64,000 nt of DNA from an uncultured bacterium (lineage in GTDB: Bacteria; Hydrogenedentota; Hydrogenedentia; Hydrogenedentales; CAILVY01). Below the pieces are notes generated by a model. The model saw nothing but the letters and a program-made list of their open reading frames with translations. It was not told where the DNA came from and made no database searches. A program made the position numbers and the translations under genes. Every line of letters begins with the position of its first letter. The stretch's first letter is position 1. The stretch lies in contig CALEDJ010000045.1 in assembly GCA_937951485.1 (NCBI GenBank), positions 139,100-203,099 of the forward strand, written 5' to 3'. Shown here piece after piece: positions 11,101-18,682 of this stretch.

Positions 11101-11468
11101 AAGCGGCGCATATTGTCGCGCAGGCCTACCGATTCAAACCCACGCCGGAATACGCCGTGTTCATCTACGACCAGTTGAACTGGATTCTCGGCAACAATCC
11201 CTTCGGCATCAGCCTGATGGAGGGCATGGGGACCCACTTCGCGCCGAGTTATTTCCACCGCGCCGTCGCCGCCGGCGCGCCCCGCGCGGCCATCGCCGGC
11301 GTCATCGCGCATGGTATCCGCGGCACCGCCCCCGGCGACGAGCGCCCCGCGTTTGACATGAGCGGCGATGAACGCCCCGACCCGCGTACCAACGCTTGTT
11401 CCCTTCGCGCCAACGCTCAGTGGATCAGTACCCTGGCGAATCTCAAGCGCCTGCGCATGGGCGAGTGA
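8160..11468 (+). CDS. Secreted multidomain protein: FG-GAP/PQQ-like beta-propeller, carbohydrate-binding-like module, Ig-like domain and GH9-like domain
   Basis: Signal peptide; repeated ADxDxDGxxE/W repeats; INQAGY..PK (CelD-N-like); GGWHDGSD; NWILGNNPFGISLMEG. Confidence 0.75.
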   Translation: MLGLIATGLLAFSAAGADAPPMQWAHMLTSPPHVAPLAADMHPNPGREIVVADAEAGTVYCLSGQGAVLWEFQTGADAPLRGTMALGRGRDRDTRLLAVPAGDTVIVLDAATGAERHRTEVGPMGLGGACWADLRDDEMDVMIVSTMENGVAAFDAEGTPLWTYTAEDHDDPLRMNGPPAAADADEDRIPELFFVAETGPFCLDADGRLRWRGASGGRFLGAAAVAPPDRDGVPRLYCVSAAPPALHACDAATGDALWQTPLQDAPDDATANAIALADLDHDGRYEVLVGDAAGRVYAIADSGTLLWTFQTQRPGPVAIAIGDVSGDGGLDVVIASADHGLYCLDRTGALQWRYEAGGPLLHAPALADADGDGRTQILFGAGDKAIRSIGPGGPFVPALMPWPGARADAARRGRPAIQEAFELDKDALEPIPDVAPLLLTGGFELPAQDTTGAEVSRPVGWTLESGDGAWILDETTRFAGKYALKVQPENEPIVVVSEIIAITPDLRCVNASVMASGEGMRAVLRWRKRDGVSREDAFLVRGAASEQWRRHVLHQARPPLDATGFQVVLRAEAPGEAAWWDEVHAEGNFERVPQARVFINQAGYEIQAPKRFTVWTSFPARNGRFAVTTASGPVYEGNLHGGERLIGAFNSDWGGYYWQGDFTDFDTRGSYTIAVELEGARANSPSFDVGPHLLWYRTVPQALRAFTLHRCGAAAPGRNTPCHLDDACGERLLDGGWHDGSDYDKTHALEYLWHLVNAYGVVRWRIDAAGPEMQPGAAWLEEIEWGMELALKAVNDDGAVCPMPVSDPEYWGPPESETDNEPNTGDERRIAGNEQESAAWCAAALARMARLFPEDNGQYAAAARRIVEKALKDGATGPLLFSAAMDLYLISRDETHAKIVHGWYPGPEPACAEAVAAYDALDIHASFNLAMALQAQADACLARANNPFGVCARNEEDRADFFGMGASDPAHLIGNTLYLLEAAHIVAQAYRFKPTPEYAVFIYDQLNWILGNNPFGISLMEGMGTHFAPSYFHRAVAAGAPRAAIAGVIAHGIRGTAPGDERPAFDMSGDERPDPRTNACSLRANAQWISTLANLKRLRMGE

Positions 11469-11617
11469 ATCGTTTTCATTGCAGATGACCAAAAACATCT
11501 GATGCAACCGTTGCCTTTTGTCCGGTCGGAAAAAGACGGCGACAAGGCATTATAATCATGCCCATGCGACAACCAGCCCCTAGTGGCACAAAGGGACAGA
11601 CAGAGGAGACTGATTTC

Positions 11618-13009
11618 ATGGAGTATCGGGTGGAACGGGACACGATGGGCGAAATGCGGGTGCCGGCGGACCGGTATTACGGCTGCCAGACGGCGCGTTC
11701 CCTGCATTTTTTCAGGATTGGCGAGGAACGGATGCCGCGCGAACTGATCCGCGCCTTCGGCATCCTCAAGAAGGCGGCGGCGCTGGCCAACTGCGATATG
11801 GGCCTGTTGCCGCAAGACTTGTGCGCCGTTATCTGCCGGGCGGCAGACGAAGTGATCGCGGGAACGCTGGATGACCACTTCCCCTTGGTCGTGTGGCAGA
11901 CCGGCAGCGGCACGCAGACGAACATGAACGCCAACGAGGTGATAGCGAACCGCGCCATCGAGATGCTCGGCGGAACGCTGGGCAGCAAGTCGCCCGTACA
12001 TCCGAATGACCACGTCAACATGTCGCAGTCCTCAAATGACACTTTTCCCACGGCGATGAGCATCGCGGCGGTGGAGCGCATCCGCGCGCGGCTCTTGCCC
12101 GCGCTGCGCGCGTTGCACGCGGTCCTCGCGGAAAAGGCGGCCGCCTTCCGCGACATCATCAAGATCGGGCGCACCCACCTGATGGACGCGACCCCGCTCA
12201 CGCTCGGCCAGGAGTTTTCCGGCTACGCGCAGCAGGTCGCCAACGGCATCGAGCGGGTCGAGTCCGTGCTGCCGAAACTGGCCGAACTCGCCATCGGCGG
12301 CACGGCGGTCGGCACGGGCCTGAACACCAAAAAAGGCTACGCGGAACTGGTGGCCGCGAAGATTTCGGAAATCGCGGGCATGCCCTTCACGTCCGCGCCG
12401 AACAAGTTCGAGGCGCTCGCCGCGCACGATGCGATGGTCATGGCGCACGGCGCGTTGAAAACCGTGGCCTGCGCCTTCATGAAAATCGCCAACGACATCC
12501 GCTGGCTCGGCAGCGGCCCGCGCTGCGGCCTCGGCGAACTCGTGTTGCCGGAGAATGAACCGGGATCATCCATCATGCCCGGCAAGGTCAACCCGACACA
12601 GTGCGAGGCGATGACGATGGTGGCGGGGCAGGTGCTGGGCAACGACGTGGCCGTGAACATCGGCGGCGCGTCCGGCAATTTTGAACTGAACGTCTTCAAG
12701 CCGCTCATCATCTACAACGTGTTGCAATCCGTGCGCCTGCTCGCTGATGCCGCCGATTCTTTCCGCGAGCATTGCGTGGCGGGCATCGAGGCGAACACAC
12801 GCGCCATCGCGGCGCACCTCTCCAATTCGCTGATGCTGGTGACCGCCCTGAACCGACGCATCGGCTACGACAACGCCGCGAAAATCGCCAAGGCCGCCCA
12901 CGCCAACGGCACCACGCTCAAGGAAGAGGCGGTCCGGCTCGGGCTGCTTACCGCAGAGGAATTTGACGCGGCGGTGGACCCGACCAAAATGATCGGACCG
13001 GCCGAATAA
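11618..13009 (+). CDS. fumC: Fumarate hydratase class II
   Basis: [46 protein letters not shown] precedes ATG 11618. Confidence 0.97.
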   Translation: MEYRVERDTMGEMRVPADRYYGCQTARSLHFFRIGEERMPRELIRAFGILKKAAALANCDMGLLPQDLCAVICRAADEVIAGTLDDHFPLVVWQTGSGTQTNMNANEVIANRAIEMLGGTLGSKSPVHPNDHVNMSQSSNDTFPTAMSIAAVERIRARLLPALRALHAVLAEKAAAFRDIIKIGRTHLMDATPLTLGQEFSGYAQQVANGIERVESVLPKLAELAIGGTAVGTGLNTKKGYAELVAAKISEIAGMPFTSAPNKFEALAAHDAMVMAHGALKTVACAFMKIANDIRWLGSGPRCGLGELVLPENEPGSSIMPGKVNPTQCEAMTMVAGQVLGNDVAVNIGGASGNFELNVFKPLIIYNVLQSVRLLADAADSFREHCVAGIEANTRAIAAHLSNSLMLVTALNRRIGYDNAAKIAKAAHANGTTLKEEAVRLGLLTAEEFDAAVDPTKMIGPAE

Positions 13010-13259
13010 CAGGCCCAGGAACACAAACGAAATGCATGCTGATGCGTGAACAACATACTGCCTTGTATGGTGAGTGCAGCGGAGCGGAACGCAGCACAGT
13101 CATCCTTTGGAGGGGCACTGGTGTGATTCAGGCACAGAAAGCATGGTGGACTCCATGGCATTTCATGCCGTCACACCGGCCCTGTGGTCTTCTTGGACGG
13201 TATTGACGGGATTCACAAGGCGGGTTCCAAGCAGTGTATTCTATTGTAGCACATTACCG

Positions 13260-14957
13260 CTACATGCGTTCGGGGGCTTGGATGCCGAGGATGTGCAGAG
13301 CATTGCGCAGGGTTTGCAGTGCGGCGCGACACAGGAGCAGGCGCGCCTCCATGATCGCGGGGTCGCCGGCCTGGAGCACGGGGCATTCGTGGTAGAAGGT
13401 GGTGAAGGCGCGGGCGAAGTCCAGCGCAAAGCCGGCGATGGGCGCGCAGGTGCGCTGGCGCAGGGCGGTGTCCACCACACCGGGGAATGCGGCCATGCGT
13501 GTCAACAGCGCCCACTCCGCGTCGGCGGCGAGGGGAAACGCATGGCCGGGCGTGTCGGGCAGGGGCTTGCCGTACTTGCGGAGGATGGAATTGATGCGCG
13601 CGCAGGAATACTGCACATACGGCCCGGTGTCGCCCTGGAATGAGAGGGCGGCGTCCATGTCGAAGATGACGTTCTTGTTCGCGTTGACCCGGAGCACCGC
13701 GAAGCGGATGGCCGCTACAGCGACCTGCTCGGCGATGGTCCGCTGTTCTTCGGGAGTGATGTCGTGGCATTGCTCCGCGACGCGTTCTGCGGCGAGAGCG
13801 GCGGCCTGGTCAAGGAAATCGGAGAGCAGCACGACATTGCCCTGTCGCGTGGACATTTTCCCTTCCTTGAGCAAAATGTAGGAGTAATAGACCGCTTCCG
13901 GCGCCTTGTGGCCCGCCGCTTCGAGGATCATGGCGAGTTGCTGGGCGTAGAGTTTGTGGTCTTCGCCGAGCACGATGAGGTTTACGTCCGCGCCCTTCTC
14001 TTCCTTGGCGATGGTATAGGCGAGATCGCGGCAGCCGTACATGGAACTGCCGTTGGCGCGCATGAGCACGAAATAGCGGCCTTCCTCCGCCGTATGGCCG
14101 AGTTTGGCCAAATCAACCACCAGCCGCGCTTCGTCGTCGGTGAACAGCGCGCCCCTGGCGCGGAGCGCCTCGAGCACGGCGTCGAGCCTTGGATCTTTGA
14201 GATATTCCGACTCATGGTCGAAGACATCATAGGTTGCGCCGAGTCTGGCGAGCACCGCGAGTTGTCCCTGCAGGCAGAGGTCGGTGATCCGGCGGAACCG
14301 TTCCTGGGTTTCGGGGTCTCCCTCCTCCATTTTCGCCAGCAGCGCGTAGCCCTGCCCGGCAAAGGCGGAATCTTTCTCGGCGCGGGCGTTCGCCCGGACG
14401 TAAGCATCCAGAATGCCATCAAAACTCAGGTCTTCGAGTTCATCGGCGATCAACACCAGCAGGCCGATCTGGCGGCCCATATCGTTGACGTAATAGTGCA
14501 CCTCCACGTCGTAACCCTCGAATCGGAACAGGCGCGCGAGCGCGTCGCCGATCATGGCGTTGCGAGCGCGGCCCACATGCGGGCTGGCGTTCGGGTTGAT
14601 GCTGGTGTGCTCTATCAGCGCGCGCATGCCGCGCCCGGACCCATTGGACCCGTGGCGGTCGCCGTCCGCCAGCACCGCCGCGACGATGCGTTTCGCGAAT
14701 GCGGGGCGGTCCAACTTGAGGTTGAGATAGGGTCCCGCCGCGGCGACGGAGATCACCTCGGGACCGAACGCCACCGACTCGGCCACTTCCTTCGCGAAGA
14801 GCACTGGCGCGGTCCCATGCTTCTTCGCGGCGAGAAACATGGGGACGGCCACATCGCCCAGTGCAAGGTTGGGCGGCGCGCTCAACGGCAGATCATCTTC
14901 CGCCAGTTTGGAATAGGCCTTGAGCATGGGCGCAAGGACGGATTCAAACGGTTGCAC
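13260..14957 (-). CDS. argS: Arginine--tRNA ligase
   Basis: SINPNASPHVGRARN (HIGH-like), KMSTRQG, GDTGPYVQYSCAR, C-terminal LGIQAPERM. Confidence 0.95.
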   Translation of the reverse strand: MQPFESVLAPMLKAYSKLAEDDLPLSAPPNLALGDVAVPMFLAAKKHGTAPVLFAKEVAESVAFGPEVISVAAAGPYLNLKLDRPAFAKRIVAAVLADGDRHGSNGSGRGMRALIEHTSINPNASPHVGRARNAMIGDALARLFRFEGYDVEVHYYVNDMGRQIGLLVLIADELEDLSFDGILDAYVRANARAEKDSAFAGQGYALLAKMEEGDPETQERFRRITDLCLQGQLAVLARLGATYDVFDHESEYLKDPRLDAVLEALRARGALFTDDEARLVVDLAKLGHTAEEGRYFVLMRANGSSMYGCRDLAYTIAKEEKGADVNLIVLGEDHKLYAQQLAMILEAAGHKAPEAVYYSYILLKEGKMSTRQGNVVLLSDFLDQAAALAAERVAEQCHDITPEEQRTIAEQVAVAAIRFAVLRVNANKNVIFDMDAALSFQGDTGPYVQYSCARINSILRKYGKPLPDTPGHAFPLAADAEWALLTRMAAFPGVVDTALRQRTCAPIAGFALDFARAFTTFYHECPVLQAGDPAIMEARLLLCRAALQTLRNALHILGIQAPERM

Positions 14958-15098
14958 GGGGACCCTCCGGGTTTGTATAACGGATTGCGATTGGGAGGCA
15001 ATTCTCTCGGAAATATATTATAATCCGTGAAGGAAACCGGGGCAAACCCTGATGCGGGGGCCTTCAACGCCAAAGGACGAAGGAAGAAAGGTCGAGCA

Positions 15099-15263
15099 AT
15101 GAAACATATTCATGCGATTTCGCGGATGGTCGCGCCGCCGCGCGCGCAAGTCTCGCTGGTCGAGACAATCATTCTGTATCTGATCGCCATCTTCTTCAAC
15201 ACCTGGGACAATTTCCCAACGGTCATTCAGAATCTCCAGAAATACTACGCGAAGACCCCGTAA
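15099..15263 (+). CDS. 54-aa small protein with a basic leader and hydrophobic core (prepilin-like or leader-peptide-like)
   Basis: MKHIHAISRMVAPPRAQVSLVETIILYLIAIFFNTWDNFPTVIQNLQKYYAKTP. GAAAGG RBS-like site, TATAAT at 15019-15024, host-like codon usage. Confidence 0.65.
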   Translation: MKHIHAISRMVAPPRAQVSLVETIILYLIAIFFNTWDNFPTVIQNLQKYYAKTP

Positions 15264-15416
15264 GCATCCATTCCGCCGCTGAAGTGCTTCAAGAATGATG
15301 CCGCAGCGACAGGGCCTGCGCCTGATGATTTCAAGGATTCTTCCTCCACGCAAATCTCCGCTTGGGAATGCCTGACACATCATTGCTCTCTTATTCGAGG
15401 TTTTTCCGTCTTGTTC

Positions 15417-15687
15417 CCCTCACCCCATCCCTCTCCCAGAGGGAGAGGGGGGAAGGGGGCTCAGTGGGGGAGGGGGTTAATGACAAAACCTGATGAGTGC
15501 TGTCTCCCCCTCTCCCTCTGGGAGAGGGATGGGGTGAGGGGTTGCCGGGCACCGCTTCATGCTTCTCTCAGTTCGATCCCCCTCTCCCTCTGGGAGAGGG
15601 ATGGGGTGAGGGGGTGCCGGGCACCGCTTCATGCTTCTCTCAGTTCGATCCCCCTCTCCCTCTGGGAGAGGGATGGGGTGAGGGGGG
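15417..15687. repeat. REP-like cluster CCCTCTCCCNNNGGGAGAGGG..GGGGTGAGGG: one inverted copy plus three copies in a 72-bp tandem unit
   Basis: Inverted copy at 15417-15450. Direct copies start at 15506, 15578 and 15650 with near-identical spacers. Confidence 0.9.
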
Positions 15688-15806
15688 GATCGACGGAATG
15701 GAAGACTTGCCACAGTGCCAGGAATGTATTCGACAGCACTGATTGGAGATATTGCGTCTATCCGGTCCGCCGTAAGGCGTGTCTGCTTAAGATAGACAAA
15801 ACGCCG

Positions 15807-17300
15807 TCAAAATGAATAGCGTGCGCCGGCGTAGATGTTGGTGTTGCGCTGGAACTGGCCGAAGAAGGTGGTCTTTGATGTGCCCAGAAAGATGTTCGCG
15901 CCGCCCTCCACCGTCCAGTGATCATTGATTTTGTACTGCACGTTGGGGCGGAGGTAGGCGTCGAGGTCGCTCGGGCTGAAGTAGGTGAACATGGACAGGA
16001 TAAGGTTCTGGTTGAGCATGAGTCTGGTCAGGCGCGCGGTGATCACGTGGCGCGCCTGGTCCTTGGGCTTCACCCAGAACAGCAGGTTGCGCTTGTACTT
16101 GTCGTGGTGCATCATCACTTCCACGTAGTACTGGACGCCGCCCGTGAAATCCTTCATCAATTCGCGCTCATAGCCCGCCAGAAACCGGAATTCGCTGTTG
16201 TTGATGATCATGTTGTCGCCGGCGCGGTCCTGGCGCGAGTCGTAGTAACCGAGTTCGACATTCGCCATGCCCTTGCCGATGGGGCCGCGCAGGCTCGCGC
16301 CATACACGTTGAGCCGGGGGAAGCGCGCCTGCATGAACGGAATGATCCGCTGTCCGCCGGGGCTTTTCCAGAATCCGGTGTAGCCGTAGATCGCCGCTTC
16401 GTACTTGCCGAAACTGCGATAGGCGCGCAGCGCGATCTCGTGGTCCTTGAACCAGCCGTTGGGGGCGGCGTAGTCCAGTTCCCTGCGGCGGCCATCGTAC
16501 CGCTTGAACATCGGATTCCAGAAACTGATCCGGTCGCCGGTGATTATGCGGTCCGGATCGAAGAGCGGCGTGTACACCGCCTCGAAGTTCAGGAGATTGA
16601 AATACGCCCCCGCCTTGATCGCATTCGACGGCGCTTTGAGGTATTCCACGTCGCGTCCGATGAAGAACGAGTTCCAGTCTTTGGGGAACAGGTCGTTGAT
16701 GAAGAGCAGGTCGCCCGTGCCCCAGGTCAGAATCTGCCGCCCGATGCGGAAATCCAGATGCCGCGTCGCGGTCCATGTCAACCGCGCCTGGCGGACGTCA
16801 ATCCCGCTCTCATCGAAGACCACCCCGTCGAGATAGACGTCGGCGGTCGCCTCGGCCACCAGTTGCTTCCAGGCGTACTCGCTCTTCAACTGCACGCGCG
16901 TCTCCGCCATCGTCGCGGCCACGCGCGCCGCCGGATCGCGCTGCGTGCGCACGCCCCCGCGCGCTTCCCAGAACCCGTGGAGCGGCGGCAGCCGATCCCG
17001 CAGGCGCAGTCCTTCCCTGTCATTCTCCGGGGGCGGCGCTACTCCGGGCGCGGTATCCAACCCGACAGGCAGGGCGGGTTCCTCGGACGGCGTCGGCGCG
17101 GCAGGCCCCAACCCGGCGGGAAGTTCCGGCTCCGCCGGCGACGCCGGCGCTGTGGGCGCAAGCCCGGCGGGCAAATCAGGTTCTTCTTTCGCGGGCGGAG
17201 CAGCAGGCGCCAGTCCGGCGGGCAGCGGCGGCTCGGCAGCGTGCGCCGCCATGCCGAGCGCCACACTGAGCAGCGCCACAATCAAAAACCGTGCGGCCAT
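15807..17300 (-). CDS. Probable outer-membrane beta-barrel (DUF1302-like) with a Pro-rich N-terminal linker
   Basis: Signal peptide; EPxLPxGL repeats; GRQILTWGTGD; terminal YAGARYSF aromatic beta-signal. Start moved to MAARF (17300). Confidence 0.75.
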   Translation of the reverse strand: MAARFLIVALLSVALGMAAHAAEPPLPAGLAPAAPPAKEEPDLPAGLAPTAPASPAEPELPAGLGPAAPTPSEEPALPVGLDTAPGVAPPPENDREGLRLRDRLPPLHGFWEARGGVRTQRDPAARVAATMAETRVQLKSEYAWKQLVAEATADVYLDGVVFDESGIDVRQARLTWTATRHLDFRIGRQILTWGTGDLLFINDLFPKDWNSFFIGRDVEYLKAPSNAIKAGAYFNLLNFEAVYTPLFDPDRIITGDRISFWNPMFKRYDGRRRELDYAAPNGWFKDHEIALRAYRSFGKYEAAIYGYTGFWKSPGGQRIIPFMQARFPRLNVYGASLRGPIGKGMANVELGYYDSRQDRAGDNMIINNSEFRFLAGYERELMKDFTGGVQYYVEVMMHHDKYKRNLLFWVKPKDQARHVITARLTRLMLNQNLILSMFTYFSPSDLDAYLRPNVQYKINDHWTVEGGANIFLGTSKTTFFGQFQRNTNIYAGARYSF

Positions 17301-17386
17301 TCCTGCTCCCCTCTCACCCAACAACCTACACCCATCCATGACACAAAGCCAACTCCTCATCCCCGCCCTTTGCCGCATCGTTCATT

Positions 17387-17571
17387 GGACCGATCTGTCG
17401 GATCAGACCGATCAGACCTGTCCCCCTCGGTACACCGCTCCTGCGGTGTAACGCACTACGGCGACGCTCCCGCGTCGCGCCGTGCGGCAGCGGGCTTCAC
17501 GGGAATACGTCAATCCCTGGCGCATAGCGCCTCAGTCATGCGTTGCACCGTGGGAGCGGTGCAACGAGGGG
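17387..17571. repeat. 9-bp tandem repeat followed by an inverted REP-like doublet (CGTTRCACC...GGTGYAACGAGGGG)
   Basis: ggaccgatc tgtcggatc agaccgatc agacctgtc; palindromic copies at 17423-17453 (inverted) and 17541-17571. Confidence 0.75.
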
Positions 17572-17586
17572 AAAATGCCCTAGAAA

Positions 17587-17931
17587 TCAGACGTCTTGCC
17601 CAAGAATACGATCCAGGGTATTCACCAGTTCTGGCAAACTGCCTACGATGGTATCCCACAGAATGTCATAATCCACAAAATCATATCCATGAATGAGGCG
17701 ATGTCGCATACTGATTACCTTCTGCCAGGGGATTTCCGTATAGCGCGCTTGGGTTTCCGCCGGGACCTGACTGGCCGCCTCTCCGACAAGTTCCACCAAG
17801 TGGGTCAGCGCCAGGCGCAGTTTCTCATCGGCAGCGAGGTCCTCCCGGACCTGTTCGGCGGCCATGGCGATGGCCTTTCGGGCATAGTCCCGCATGTGCA
17901 GCAGCCGCACCTTGGGGTCACGTCTTGACAT
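17587..17931 (-). CDS. HEPN/DUF86 RNase toxin (HepT-like)
   Basis: LVGEAA..V, IPWQKVISMRHRLIHGYD (RxxxxHxY), 114 aa, overlapping the MNT gene. Confidence 0.92.
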   Translation of the reverse strand: MSRRDPKVRLLHMRDYARKAIAMAAEQVREDLAADEKLRLALTHLVELVGEAASQVPAETQARYTEIPWQKVISMRHRLIHGYDFVDYDILWDTIVGSLPELVNTLDRILGQDV

Positions 17932-18223
17932 ACTGTGTCTCCGCCTCGGCGAGGACTTGGTCCCGGAAATACTTGCTCAGGCTTCGGGGGGTGTTGATCT
18001 CCACCGTCCGGCCCCCCATCATGCGCGAGAGTTCCTGCTCCATGTCGTAGAGTTCGAAAAGACCGACCCGCGCATCCGGTTCAAATTCAACCAACACGTC
18101 CACATCGCTGTCAGGGCTGAAATCATCCCGCAGCACTGAACCGAACAACGCCAACCGGTGAATCCGATGCCGGAGGCAAAATGCTGCGATTTCATCTTTT
18201 GGGATGTCAATAGTCGCGTTCAT
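17918..18223 (-). CDS. Minimal nucleotidyltransferase antitoxin (MntA-like)
   Basis: LFGSVLRDDFSPDSDVDVLVEF. Start moved to MNATID. TATAAT on the minus strand at 18251-18256. Confidence 0.92.
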   Translation of the reverse strand: MNATIDIPKDEIAAFCLRHRIHRLALFGSVLRDDFSPDSDVDVLVEFEPDARVGLFELYDMEQELSRMMGGRTVEINTPRSLSKYFRDQVLAEAETQYVKT

Positions 18224-18281
18224 CTCATCACATGCCTCATTAACGACTCCATTATACAGCATTCCCGGCGTGGCCGGTTTT

Positions 18282-18667
18282 CCCCCTCGTTACACCACGG
18301 GAGCGGTGTAACGAGGGGGAAAGAATTGTGTATTTCTTGGAGACCTGCGGTCCCATTGTATGAGTGGCTCCCGTAATGCTGGTAACGTAGACGCGGCATC
18401 TTGCCGCGTTGGTCTTATGCCGAAGCGGCGCGGCAAGATGCCGCGTCTACTTTATCCGGCGTGGCTCGGTTAGGTGATACAAGCAACGCGGCAAGATGCC
18501 GCGTCTCCTTTATCCGGTGTGGCGCGGTCCCGCCTTCGCGAGACGCTACGGCGGACTCGCAGGAAACCGGCCACAATAGGAATTTTCTGGAGACCTTCGG
18601 TCGTAGGTGTGGCGTGGTCCCGCCTTCGCGAGACGCTACGGCGGACGAGCAGGAGACCGGCCACAAC
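18282..18667. repeat. Composite cluster of REP-like palindromes (three families plus a nested 31-bp hairpin)
   Basis: 18288-18318 CGTTACACC family; 18387-18450 and 18485-18508 GTAGACGCGGCATCTTGCCGCGT family; 18518-18576 and 18588-18667 TGTGGCGCGGTC..AGGAGACCGGCCACAA family. Confidence 0.85.
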
Positions 18668-18682
18668 AGAGAAATGGCGAAC

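Noticed and set aside
15040-15080. GGCAAACCC...GCCAAAG resembling a c-di-GMP-I riboswitch
   Set aside because: The GNRA tetraloop, the GACGCAAAGC segment and the second stem are missing.
15506-15687. Possible CRISPR array (about 35-bp repeat, 72-bp period)
   Set aside because: The spacers are near-identical, there are no cas genes, and the repeat is a REP-like palindrome that also occurs inverted.
15411-15815. ORFs over the repeat cluster (PLSLWERDGVRG and similar)
   Set aside because: These are translations of the DNA repeat in several frames, with no RBS or protein-like content.
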